Below are positions 1 to 12,250 of a DNA stretch of 37,333 bases, piece by piece. Under the pieces are notes generated by a model, which saw nothing but the letters and a program-made list of their open reading frames with translations, made no database searches and was not told where the DNA came from. Each line of letters starts with the position of its first letter. Position 1 is the first letter of the stretch. The DNA comes from Welwitschia mirabilis (lineage: Eukaryota). The translations under genes were made by a program, and so were the position numbers. The stretch is taken from NCBI GenBank assembly GCA_051453625.1, contig JBOZIK010000001.1, positions 6,798,027 through 6,835,359 on the forward strand, in the 5' to 3' direction.

Positions 1-94
1 AATTTTGTTTGAACTTTGACTTAGAAGAGGAGGGAAGCAAGCTAGCTCCAAGGTATCATCATTCATTTTCAAGCAATCCTTTACTCCAGTGTTG

Positions 95-720
95 TCCAAT
101 GCTTTCTTGCAATACACATAAAACCATCAAGTGTTTTGGCTCAGATCATGGTGACATAATCTTATTCACCATATGAATAATGGTGAACTCAATTGCCACT
201 TAATTTTCAAGTTCTTAAATAATCATAGAAAGTAAGGNNNNNNNNNNNNNNNNNNNNNNNNNNNNNNNNNNNNNNNNNNNNNNNNNNNNNNNNNNNNNNN
301 NNNNNNNNNNNNNNNNNNNNNNNNNNNNNNNNNNNNNNNNNNNNNNNNNNNNNNNNNNNNNNNNNNNNNNNNNNNNNNNNNNNNNNNNNNNNNNNNNNNN
401 NNNNNNNNNNNNNNNNNNNNNNNNNNNNNNNNNNNNNNNNNNNNNNNNNNNNNNNNNNNNNNNNNNNNNNNNNNNNNNNNNNNNNNNNNNNNNNNNNNNN
501 NNNNNNNNNNNNNNNNNNNNNNNNNNNNNNNNNNNNNNNNNNNNNNNNNNNNNNNNNNNNNNNNNNNNNNNNNNNNNNNNNNNNNNNNNNNNNNNNNNNN
601 NNNNNNNNNNNNNNNNNNNNNNNNNNNNNNATGGACGGTTACATAATTATGACATTAGGTAAGAAGGTTTATCATCTTTTTCATTTGGTAGAGGTTTGTA
701 TGACGATGCCAATGCGTGGC
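95..720 (+). mobile_element. Possible decayed Ty1/Copia integrase fragment (interrupted by N gap 238-630)
   Basis: About 121-156 translates KTIKCFGSDHGD, resembling the Copia integrase IKxxRSDNG motif. The rest is too decayed to read. Confidence 0.35.
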
Positions 721-1189
721 TTCTAGATGCTATAGCTACTGCCAACTATTGTCATAGCCAAGTATCTCCACCCTCTTACTCAACATAGCCAAATGTCGCT
801 CTATGAGTTCTCATCATCACCGCCCACATGTCATCAAGAATGCAATTTATTTTTGATGTACAATTTAATCAAGCCAATAATGCATTTGATTTAAATCTCC
901 ATGACAATCTAGGAACGTAAGATTGAAGGTGATTAGTTCAAATAGGCTGATGACACCAATAGTTCTAGTCGACGACATTGACATTTTAGCATGAAGCAAG
1001 GTCATCATTTGCAAAGTCCTTCAACATGTGATAAGTAATCTNNNNNNNNNNNNNNNNNNNNNNNNNNNNNNNNNNNNNNNNNNNNNNNNNNNNNNNNNNN
1101 NNNNNNNNNNNNNNNNNNNNNNNNNNNNNNNNNNNNNNNNNGAAGCAAGGTCATCATTTGCAAAGTCCTTCAACATGTGATAAGTAATC

Positions 1190-3620
1190 TAAAAATGTCA
1201 TAAAAAATAGGTAAGTCCATAATTAAGATAGATAATTAATAGAAGACATGTTTTCATGATAAAAACGATTATATTAATGTCTTATAATATGATTAATCAA
1301 TTATTTAACTTAATTGTAAAGTCAATTTTTACATTTTAACACTTTTAGTCTAATGTTTTAGTTTTATTAGGACTATTTTAATCATCAAATCCTTTTATTA
1401 CTTTACCTAAAGGTTTGAGAATTATGTAACTTACTTTTATGAATCTAATGAAATGGATTTTTTGGTTTTCTTCCTCAAGGATAAAAAATTTAAAAAAGAA
1501 AAAAAATAATTTCTCAAAGTAATATGTATAAATTATCTTATTCAAAGAAAGTAGCAACAAAGTAAAGAGATTTATTTTGTAATCCTTATTAATTTTTGAA
1601 AGGAATTTCTGAAGTTAATAATTCCCTTATATCTCTTCTTGCTTAGTAAGATATTAACAAATAAAATAACTCTTTAGGAATAAATTCAATAAATTTTATT
1701 AAAAAGAATGTAATTTAAAAAAGCATCTATTAAGAATTTCTTTAGAACATTCAAGAAAAGGATTTTATTATGTACAATTCTTAAAATAAGTTTAAGAATT
1801 GAATTAAAAAATTTATCAAGAAAAGTCACATGATAGATATCTAGAGAATAGTTTTGAAATTATGAAGTAGGAAAGGATGATTTAACCACTTATATTTTCA
1901 AAATTAAGAATGAATTTCATAGATTATAGAATGAGAAAATACATAGGCAATCCATTTATCCTTAATTGTAGAGTATTACAAGAGTCTTTAGAATTTTTAA
2001 GTGACCAAAGCAATGGGATTAAAAATAAATTATATAATTTATTTTTTAGGAAATATTTCTATAATGATTTTCTTAAGTCCAATATAATCTTAAAAAACTC
2101 TTTCTAGATCCAAGTAAGTGACTTTATAGAGCTCTTTGTCTAAATTACAAAAAATACATTTAAAGTATAACTTTACTTCCTAAAAGTAAGGAACTTTATT
2201 TAGGAACTTAATCTTTATATGGAAACAAAACATAAATACAAGTTTTTAATCATCATCAACATGAAAATATATTTATAAATAGTTCAAAAAAGCAAAAAAA
2301 GTAGAAGATAAGAATACATTTATTAAAAAAAAAAAATCTAGGAATGGAGATTAATTATTTCTACTAGGATTTAAAATACTTTAGAATAATTCCGTAAGAA
2401 AGAATAAAATTTATTTTTATATTAAGAGGACATTAAATTTTTAAAGGATAACTTATATTAGAATTACTTATTTTTCTTATTAATATTTTAAATTTTTATT
2501 ATATTAGTTATTACTATTAGATTGTTGATAAACTTTAAATATGAAGGTTATTTATGAAGTCCGAAAAAGGTAGATAAACTTTTTGTTTATTAAGATGGGG
2601 AATACTATTTATCAGACACAATAATTCTTTCCATAAGATTTATTTGTTATATTATTAGGCAAGTAATATTTAAAGTTTTATATGACATCCTTTTCGATTA
2701 TGATATGAATAAAAATTTTATGTTGTAGACTATACTTGAAAATATGATAAATGAATAGATGCTAATATTTCCTTTAATAGATTTCTTATGAGTTCTTATC
2801 CATCTAACATTTAAGTTTTTATACTTGAACCTTCAATTACAAAAGATATATTGTGTTCTTTTAAATATGATCTCTAGCATGATAACATTGCTATATGATT
2901 TTCATTACTATGATTTTCTATATTAGATTTTATTAAAGTTCATAATCAAATGTCAAAGTAAAGTACTTCAAAAATTCAAATATTACTTATGTAGAAATTA
3001 TTATTATTTAATCAATTAGTACAAAACTGAACTATTAGATGACGCTTTCATGGCATTAAAAAACTATCATATTAATTTAAAAATTGTACTACAAGGTTGA
3101 TCAAATTATATGTTAATCAAGTATCCTGAGGATTATACAAAGCTAGTACTCTTTTCTAATAGTTATGGATTTCGGACGAAGTGGTAGCTTAATAGAGGTA
3201 TTAAAGCCCAAGTCTTGTTTTTTATTCCTAGCATAAAGTCTTGGGTAGAAAGAAATATGATGAGTTTTCATTGCCTCCAATGTGCCAAGACATGTGAAAG
3301 ATTCCACTCTATATTCATATGGGGGGTATTGACTTGACATCCCAAGGATTGATGTTGTTTCTTAATAGTTATGGATTTTGAATGAATTGGAAGCCTAATA
3401 GAAGTTTAATAGTTTTTGGTGATATAATTAGGGATTTTAAAAGTTTAATCAAATTTGATGTCAAATTATGATACTAAAAATCCTGTATTACAAGAACATT
3501 TAGTGACCTAACATCTAAAATACTTACTAAAAAACAATTTTCATGACTAGTTCTTATGATTTTAGAACATATATACGTAATATAAGGAATAGCCCACTAG
3601 TCTTAGTCAAAGAATATATA
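1190..3620 (+). other. Very AT-rich decayed coding-like segment, possibly an endogenous pararetrovirus or retroelement relic
   Basis: A-rich plus strand with short Lys/Asn-rich open stretches (1910-2107), a lysine-rich tract near 2280-2440 and TKDILCSF near 2838. No intact diagnostic motif. Confidence 0.2.
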
Positions 3621-3639
3621 GATCATAAATTTTTAGATC

Positions 3640-6252
3640 AATGTAAAATCTCCTTCAAAATTCTACATAGACTAATCTTTCAAAAGTTGAGGTCATTGCA
3701 GGTTCCAATAAGAAATCACTTATTCTACAAGTATGCCATCACTATCTCAACCTTCTCAAATTTCATATGTGTTTTATAATAGTTTGCTACAGTATTCGCC
3801 ATGGATTTCAATGCTGCCAAAATCTGCCACACATACTCATAGAGTTTTTTAATTTTGTTTACATAGTCTTACATCATTACTAAAGGTTTTTAACATATCA
3901 TGCCACATATCTAACATTATCAGGTGATATCTTTATACCATCTTAAATAGAGATTTTTCTATAATCCTATTCATTAAATTAATAAAAAAACAAAATGGTT
4001 CTACATGTGGTAAGTAATCATTCTACCTATTTATCTTACCTTCATAAAAGTATCTTAGCAAGTTTCAATGTTACTATTAATTACTTCTATATATCCATCT
4101 ATCTGTGGATGATATGATAAAGAATACTACAGCCGAATGCCCACCACATATCATTAACTACTTGAAAAATGAGATATAATATTAACATCTCTATTTAAAC
4201 TATCATCTTTATTAACCTGTGAAGATACATAATCTTTCTAAATAATTTTCTAGCAATGGATGAAGCATCATTCACCTTGGAACAAGGAATAAAGTATGTA
4301 ATCTTGCTGAATTCATGCACCATTACCATGATGAAATCATAACCTCTCTTCAAATAAAGTAGTTTCAAGATGAAGTCCATACTCAAGTCCTGTTATGGCT
4401 TTACTAGAAGTAATAATGTCATGTAAAATATTGCNNNNNNNNNNNNNNNNNNNNNNNNNNNNNNNNNNNNNNNNNNNNNNNNNNNNNNNNNNNNNNNNNN
4501 NNNNNNNNNNNNNNNNNNNNNNNNNNNNNNNNNNAAATATTGCATTCATCGATTCTTCCTTTTTTATTTGACATGTACAGAAACTTTGCATCATGCACTA
4601 CACATTCATATATTCATTCGGCTAAGGGTATGATCTATCTGATATTTCATAAGTTTTATCTAACATACAATGTCCAACCATCTCCTTGTAATGTTTCTCC
4701 TACATCTCCATCATTAATATTCTAGAAATGAATAACCTATCCTCCTTATAAATAACATTATCTTAAATATGAAAGTATTTATAATCATATCTTTTCAAAG
4801 GCTTTAATACCTTTGTCATCAACCTCATGAAGGTTCTTAAAGCATTTTTAGCTAAAATCATTCACATCTCCCTTTCATATATGAATATGATGATATCCAC
4901 TTTTCAACTCTATCATACTTATATTTATCTTGGTAATTAAGTCCTGAATCAATACACACATGAAACTCCTTACTATCCTCCTTTAAATTTAGTACCATTC
5001 GCATAGAACATAGCAATAACCTTTAATTAATTCCTTATGTAGCAACTACTATACTCATCTTCTTTTCTCTTTCATGTAGTACTTTTTTCTATGATGCTTT
5101 ATTTGGAAGTAAAGCATTATGAGCTAGATNNNNNNNNNNNNCTATGCTCCTAACAACTAGAAAATCATAAGGTAAATCATTAAAAAAAATCTATAAAATA
5201 TTATAACACATCTTATACCTCAATTGAGTACTTTTTGATTGTTTTTATAAAGACACTTTCAACACTACTTCCATGTAATAGACTTTCTTTTTTCTTTCAT
5301 CTATTACCTCCTTCATTTTAATAAGCATACACCTCTCTCATGTTCTAAAACTTGCTCTAAATATTAAAAAAGATTAAACGTGTTTTCATTCTTATTATTT
5401 ATTATGTAAGTATTTGCCTTCCCATTATGCATACACTTGGTATTACCCAATAATAAATGACAAGCATCTATAGAAATAACATTTTAATGAACTTGGTCAT
5501 AAAATTTACTAATTTTAAAGTTAATTAGACATTTTTCTATAATTGTAATGTGGTGGTGCTTTTTTATCTAAGAAATTTAATATNNNNNNNNNNNNNNNNN
5601 NNNNNNNNNNNNNNNNNNNNNNNNNNNNNNNNNNNNNNNNNNNNNNNNNNNNNNNNNNNNNNNNNNNNNNNNNNNNNNNNNNNTCTCATGTTCTGAAACT
5701 TACTCTAAATATTAAAAAAGCTTAAACGTGTTTCCATTCTTATTAGTTATTATGTAAGTATTTGCCTTCCCATTATGTATACACTTGGTATTACCCAATA
5801 ATAAATGACAAGCATCCATAGAAATAACATTTTAATGAACTTTGTTATAAAATTTACTAATTTTAAAGTAAATTAGACATTTTGCTATAATTGTAATGTG
5901 GTTCTGCTTTTTAATCTAAGAAATTTAATATGGTATTGGATGAGGCTTGATATCTAGGTTTAACTTTTCCATCATATTATTAGAAACCAAGTTGTTAGTT
6001 CTTCCATTATTAATGATAACCTTGCATATCTTTTTTTTCAAGTTACAGATAGTTTTAAAGAGTTATATCCATTATTTTAGATCCTTAACAATTTTGATAT
6101 CTTGCATGAAAGTTTTTCTAACAATCATGCTTTCTCCTTTCTCACTAGCAATATTCTCTAGTTCCTTGTTTTAGGCTCTCTTTTTATCTCATCATGTTCA
6201 AATATGATTTTTGTATGGGTATTATTCTCACTTAATGAATACTTGTAATACT
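3640..6252 (-). mobile_element. Decayed Ty3/Gypsy retrotransposon, CRM-like chromovirus pol (protease, partial RT, integrase)
   Basis: Minus-strand translations: protease CKVIINNGRTNNLVSNNMMEKLNLDIKPHPIPY (~5930-6030) and VISIDACHLLLG (~5445-5485); RT N-terminal pieces VCIDS and IELKSGYHHIHI (~4875-4965); integrase SMDFILKL..RGYDFIMVMVHEFSKITYFIPCSKVNDASSIA (4195-4386) and YHPQIDGYIEVIN (~4078-4115). These match CRM-type consensus motifs. Many stops and frameshifts. Confidence 0.88.
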
Positions 6253-6454
6253 TGTTACAAAAGTTATATATAACAAGCAAGAGTAAGCAAAACAAGAAAT
6301 CCTAGATTGGGATTTTTCCAAAATAGATTTTTTTCCTCTTTTATTTTAATGTGGGAGCTTGCTGTTATAAGAAAGCACACCCAAATAGGTTTTCACTAGG
6401 GTTTTTACTTTTCCTCATTATAGTACCACAATGTGAATTATTACTAACCTAGTA
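6253..6454 (-). repeat. 3' LTR (~200 bp) of Copia copy A; polypurine tract at 6456-6465
   Basis: On the minus strand AAGGAGGGGG is followed by TACTAGG (decayed TGCTAGG) and the repeat ends ...TGTAACA. Similar to the LTR at 22321-22506. Confidence 0.65.
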
Positions 6455-9400
6455 ACCCCCTCCTTAATGTGCAAATACATTTTTTTCTAAGGAAATTGGA
6501 GTGCATGAAGGAAAATCTTAAGAAGCAACCTATAATAAAATCTCCTAAAGAGGAGTTATCATATGAGGAGACTATTTCATGAAGAAGTAGTTAGATTTTT
6601 ATACACATCTTGTAGCAATGGGATTCATGAATTACACATACCATAATGCTAGAAAAATATACTAGACATCCTTTAGTGCTAGCAAATGTTGTACTACATA
6701 TACTATAATATTAGGCTTAAGAAATGATTTTCGCAGTGATTCTAAAAATCAAATAAATCCTGATATTTATAACAAAATGAGTTATATTAACCCATGGTCA
6801 ATCTATCTTAAATTAAAAATTTAGCAACTTCTCTTGATAAAGGGGCTTTATATGACTACCACTTGTTAGCTTTATAGTCAAATGGTGTAATGGTAATAAC
6901 TTCATGATATATAAGTTCCTTAGTTTTATTGATTAATAATATGTACCATTTTCTTCAAGTGCATAGAATTCTTCTTTCATGGTTTGAATCCATTGATTAT
7001 GTAGAATTATGTATTTAAAAGAGATTGGTTCACCATCAATATGCATGGGAGTTATCCCTACTTCCAATTTTTCACTTTTCATCATCATGAACATCTTGTA
7101 GAGTAGACTCTGACCAATTACTTCATCTTCATCTTTANNNNNNNNNNNNNNNNNNNNNNNNNNNNNNNNNNNNNNNNNNNNNNNNNNNNNNNNNNNNNNN
7201 NNNNNNNNNNNNNNNNNNNNNNNNNNNNNNNNNNNNNNNNNNNNNNNNNNNNNNNNNNNNNNNNNNNNNNNNNNNNNNNNNNNNNNNNNNNNNNNNNNNN
7301 NNNNNNNNNNNNNNNNNNNNNNNNNNNNNNNNNNNNNNNNNNNNNNNNNNNNNNNNNNNNNNNNNNNNNNNNNNNNNNNNNNNNNNNNNNNNNNNNNNNN
7401 NNNNNNNNNNNNNNNNNNNNNNNNNNNNNNNNNNNNNNNNNNNNNNNNNNNNNNNNNNNNNNNNNNNNNNNNNNNNNNNNNNNNNNNNNNNNNNNNNNNN
7501 NNNNNNNNNNNNNNNNNNNNNNNNNNNNNNNNNNNNNNNNNNNNNNNNNNNNNNNNNNNNNNNNNNNNNNNNNNNNNNNNNNNNNNGTAGAGTAGACTCT
7601 GACCAAGTAATTCATCTTCATCTTTAGAAGATACCAAAATTTTTGCTAAGAGAATCTAATGATCTGCTACCAGATCTATGTTCATATGTTCTAGGCCTAA
7701 GAAGAAGCCCAATTCCTTTAGGATGTATTGTATATAAACCATTTTGACTAGAAGACTAAGAAATTATAATTGGTGGACACATATGTTTCCTCAACTGTAG
7801 GACATTAAAAAATCAAAATTTGCGTAGGCTAAGATAAAGGACATAGCTTGAGAAGATCAAGTAAAGATATGTTTTTTAAGATTTTAGAAAGGATAACATC
7901 ATGAGAAATAATGACATTACATTTCTCAAGAATGTACATGTAATATCCTTTTTAGTTAGTTTAATATCCCATATAAGTACCAATAGGAGCATGTGTATCA
8001 ATCTTGTTATGATGTTCAATAGAAATATGGATATAACACTTACATCTAAACACTCAAAGATGACTCACAATGAGCTTGTATCTATTCCATTTTTAGGCAT
8101 AGTACTAATAGCTTTACCCCACATGTAGGACTTGCATCCATTGAAGTACATCATTGAACATGCCATATTCATGATGATTTGATCAAATTATTCAGTATGT
8201 TATTCTATTAAGGCATTATTAGGCATGTCTTTAGATGATGAATTCCTTTTAAAGTAATAAAGTCCTTGAATTTAGCTAATGTGTATTCTTCACTAGACCC
8301 TTAATATTGTTACCACATTCCTTTTCCACTTTTGCCTTGAAAATATTAAAAATATTTAAAGCAATAGATTTGGATACCATAAAATACACCCAAGCCATGT
8401 GTAAAAAATCATGTATAAAGGATATGAATTAGCGATAGCCTTAGAGTATAGGAACTGACATAGGACCACATGGATCACTATGAATGAGTAGAAGCTTTCG
8501 ATCAATGCATTCATTACTAGGACAAAAGCATTATCTTATTACTTCACCCATTATACATGCTTTGCATTGAGGGAAAGTATGTGGAATAAAGGTAGAAGCT
8601 AATGTCGATTCTCATGCATTATAATCAATGAATGAGAACTAAAATAACGAAAGTGAGCATGCCACAAATGTGATGGAAAGATTTATTCTTGTGAAATGTG
8701 GTATGCAATTTCATGGATACTAGCACATCCTTTAAGATGCATTATTTTTAGATCCATGTAGCCTTTCATNNNNNNNNNNNNNNNNNNNNNNNNNNNNNNN
8801 NNNNNNNNNNNNNNNNNNNNNNNNNNNNNNNNNNNNNNNNNNNNNNNNNNNNNNNNNNNNNNNNNNNNNAAATACACCCAAGCCATATGTAAAAAATCAT
8901 CTGTAAAGGATATGAATTAGCGATAGCCTTAAAGTATAGGAACTGACATAGGACCACATGAATCACTATGAATGAGTAGAAGATTTTGACCAATGCATTC
9001 ATTACTAGGACAAGAGCATTATCTTATTACTTCACCCATCATACATGCTTCGCATTGAGGGAAAGTATGTGGAATGAAGGTATAAGCTAATGTCGATTCT
9101 CATGCATTATAATCAATGAATGAGAACTGAAATAACCAAAGTGAGCATGCCACAAATGTGATGGGAAGATTTACTCTTGTGAAATGTGCTATGCAATTTC
9201 ATGGATACTAGCACATCATTTAAGATGCATCATTTTTAGATCCATGTAGCCTTTCATTAAAAAAAATTAAAAAGCATAAAAAACATTAATAAAGCTATTT
9301 TTCATGGAAATAAATGATCTTCTCTAATCAATGTGGAAAGAGCAAGAAGATAGGACCTTAAGGAGGGAACATAGAGAACAAAATAAAGCATTTTTATAAT

Positions 9401-10620
9401 AGAGAAGACAACTAAAGGGTGGTTGTATCATAACCTTGCATAGGAATTAAAGCTCTGTTTGCCAGATAAGCTTGGCTAGGCTATGCTATGAAGTCACCAA
9501 AATAGTCATACTTATACATCATATGTCTGGTTTTACTAATATCTAGAATCCAAGATTTATCATGAGGTATGTTTTCACTCATACACACAAAATCATGGAT
9601 TTGAAACATAGCATCATATTCATAGCATTCAGCATTATCTAAAGCACTAGAGTTATTAGTAACTACATTCACCTTAGAAGTAGATTTAATTTTGTTTNNN
9701 NNNNNNNNNNNNNNNNNNNNNNNNNNNNNNNNNNNNNNNNNNNNNNNNNNNNNNNNNNNNNNNNNNNNNNNNNNNNNNNNNNNNNNNNNNNNNNNNNAAA
9801 CATAGCATCATATTCATAGCATTCAGCATTATATAAAGCACTAGAGTTATTAGTAACTACATTCACCTTAGGAGTAGATTTAATTTTGTTTCAAGGGGTA
9901 TGATAGTAATTTGTGGTATGATGTTGTCTTCTGCATCACGAATACTAATATGTATTCTTCGTTAGAGTAGTATTAATCTAATGTGGTTTCTTCTTTAACT
10001 GATACTGATGATGTTGAGGAGGTGAAGCTACTTACTATTTGTAAGAATATTTACCCTTCTCATGATGTTTGACATTAGGGGAGTATTTGCTTGTAGNNNN
10101 NNTATTAGAGAGAGATCCATTTTGTGGATGTGGCACTTTAAATGTAGCTTTAGAGGATCAGGTACTAGCAGACTTGAATCATGCCTTAGTAGCTATAAGA
10201 TCCTTACTGAGTGCATCAAAGGTAATTTATGATAGTCGTCTACTATTATACAGTGACATGATGTGGCTGTGTAAAGTGGATCCTCCAAACAACATTTGAA
10301 CAAGTTAATGTAATGTAGGCATACTTGGTTTTGCTGGTTAATTTTAGTAACCATTGCCTTGAGATTAGTGATTTATGTAATTAACTGTTTTATTTTTCCT
10401 TTTTCATAATGTGAGATGTTCATGTTTTTGAGAAGGTTTATAAGCTTCAAATCATTCTTTGAGTAGAATGTATTCTGTAATGTGATAAATTTGGTGTAGC
10501 TAGTCTTACTACAATCTATCAAATTCTTATGCTCTAAAGTCATATATTTTCTTATAACCTCTATCAACTTATATTAAAAGACTTTTAAGCATCGTCTTCT
10601 TTTGAAGGTTGAATAGGAAC
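6253..10620 (-). mobile_element. Decayed Ty1/Copia element, copy A of an RT/RNase H-less family (gag, protease, integrase, RT start, PPT, 3' LTR)
   Basis: Protease WILDISKTRHM (~9520-9555), pre-integrase LWHAHFG (~9135-9160), integrase TWVYF region (~8380-8480), RT start EPISFK..QWIQTMKEEFYALEENGT (6940-7030). Domain order is PR-IN-RT. Homologous along its length to 22321-27770. Confidence 0.85.
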
Positions 10621-10623
10621 ATG

Positions 10624-10817
10624 TGCTAAGGCTTGTAATGTGCACTGTGGTCACATGCCTAGGGGAGCATGGAAACCTTAATGAAATACTAATTGTGTGC
10701 TTGACTTTAAAAGCAAGCTCTTTAGTATAATATGATAGAAAAGGAAATACAATTTTCATTATTAAAAATCTTGTTTGTGTCCTTGCTCATTTGATTCTAA
10801 ACAAGTGGTATTAGAGC
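10624..10817 (+). mobile_element. Short LTR (10624-10803) plus tRNA-iMet primer-binding site (10806-10817) of a plus-strand LTR element related to copies A/B
   Basis: TGCTAAGG...CTAAACA followed by AG TGGTATTAGAGC (11/12 match to TGGTATCAGAGC). Internal similarity to the A/B LTR (gtgctt..aaa.caa.ctc and cttgctcattt). Confidence 0.7.
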
Positions 10818-11610
10818 ACAAGCTAGGTTTGCTTGGGATTTTGATGGTTTTCCCCCCTTGCATGCCTTTACATGTAATGGATTTGGATTACTATTAGACA
10901 TATTTATTAGATCTAGGTTTATGTTTTATTTTTGCTTTTTTTAGGATTTGCATGCTACATTTTCTTGTGTAATTGTTTGCTTTCCTAAGGTTTGCAAGCT
11001 ATCTTTGTAGTTGTTTGGATTTGACTCGGCCTTTTTTAGAGTGTCCAAGATTTTACATATGTCATTGGTGCATTTTGAAGCTCTGTAGTTGAGACACCTC
11101 CTTCCTTTAGTCACTGACTAGGGTAGCTGTTAAAGCAGAACTAGCTTTCGATTTTTATTCTCAGTGGATCCAACTATGCGCTCTCATGTAGGTTTGTCAC
11201 TATGGCATCTTTGCTATTAGTCTTATTCATTCTTGATGGCTCCACCTACTTAAACTCAAATCTCGTGTCAACCTCATGTAGCTTGCCCTCGATCCATCTA
11301 CACTCAGTTCTTGTAACATCCCTCATGCAGCTTAACCACCTACAAAAACCTTGTGGCTTCCATTGTTATAAATGACAAAGGGCCAAGTCATGCTAATGAT
11401 CATGTTTCTCCTATGTTGCACTCATTATTAAAATGCAACTAATCCATGTCTAGAACCCCCTATGAAAGCATCTTAAAAATGACTCTGGGTATCTTAGAAA
11501 TGAGTCTGACCTACTCGTTGCCTCTGCTTGCTCAGTTAAAAAGATAGACACAGCGCTGTTTGTGAACCAGTAACATGCTTATTTAGCATCATCTTTTGTT
11601 TGTCTTGCAG

Positions 11611-11683
11611 GTCTTATGGTGACGTCTTGGATCGCGCACTGCCTGCCCTCACAAATCTTCTTGACAGGCCTCTCTGCCCTTGA
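11611..11683 (+). CDS. Probable terminal coding exon of an unidentified host gene (phase-2 reading xSYGDVLDRALPALTNLLDRPLCP*)
   Basis: Strong acceptor ttttgtttgtcttgcAG at 11609-11610, abrupt GC rise with retained CpG, TGA at 11681-11683. The phase-1 frame is also open to TAG at 11727-11729, so the frame is uncertain. Confidence 0.5.
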
Positions 11684-11934
11684 GCTCACGTTAAACCTAC
11701 CTCTAAGGGTCCCCACGCACTTGCAATAGCGCTATTTTTCAAAGGGGCCGAGACCATTTTCCAGTCTTCTCCGCCACCTTTGCCACTGACCTCAATCAGT
11801 ACTTCTTTCATGGACTTTAAATGGATAGTTTTAGTTCAGCCACCTTTTAAGCACTGTGAGGAGTTGCATCAAGCACATCGGAAGTATTATGGTTCCTCAC
11901 TTTAGTGGAAAATAGAGTTTTCTTTAACGCCCAG

Positions 11935-11968
11935 GGAAGCGTGAATCTGTTGGCCCTGTTAGATTACT
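11935..11968 (+). CDS. Candidate 34-nt exon (xKRESVGPVRL.)
   Basis: Acceptor ttttctttaacgcccAG (11933-11934) and donor GTAAGG (11969). Read in phase 1 it joins in frame to the 12214 exon. Confidence 0.25.
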
Positions 11969-12213
11969 GTAAGGCTTACGCAGGCCTTTACAAAGTAGTA
12001 TAAGTGCATTTTTCATATGCATTAAGAATTCTGGTGGAAGTGAATTTGTTGTGGCTAATTTCCAGAGTCTGCTGCTATATCCCTCTCTGTAATTTGTAGC
12101 CATTCCACAAACTTGTCTCAGTTCTGCTGCGTTTCTAGTATCTGATCGGACACAGTCCTCTGCATGCATTTCTGGTTTTTCCTCTTACCTTTTGTTGCAT
12201 TTTCTTCTTGTAG

Positions 12214-12250
12214 ATTAAGAGACTGTGATTCTGTTCTTGCCAGGGTGTGA
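12214..12250 (+). CDS. Candidate alternative last exon (xLRDCDSVLARV*) or 3' UTR exon
   Basis: Long pyrimidine tract ending ttttcttcttgtAG at 12212-12213. Phase-2 frame is open to TGA at 12248-12250 and is followed by T-rich 3' UTR-like sequence. Confidence 0.35.

Noticed and set aside
8384..9259. Recent tandem duplications within the retroelements
   Set aside because: Every such pair abuts an exactly 100-N gap, which indicates an assembly artefact.
11690..12000. TPP riboswitch, telomerase RNA or snRNA in the 3' island, including a gtgagga/tcctcac stem at 11856-11900
   Set aside because: No CTGAGA riboswitch core, no CTAAACCCT template, no snRNA-type promoter seen, and the stem is short.
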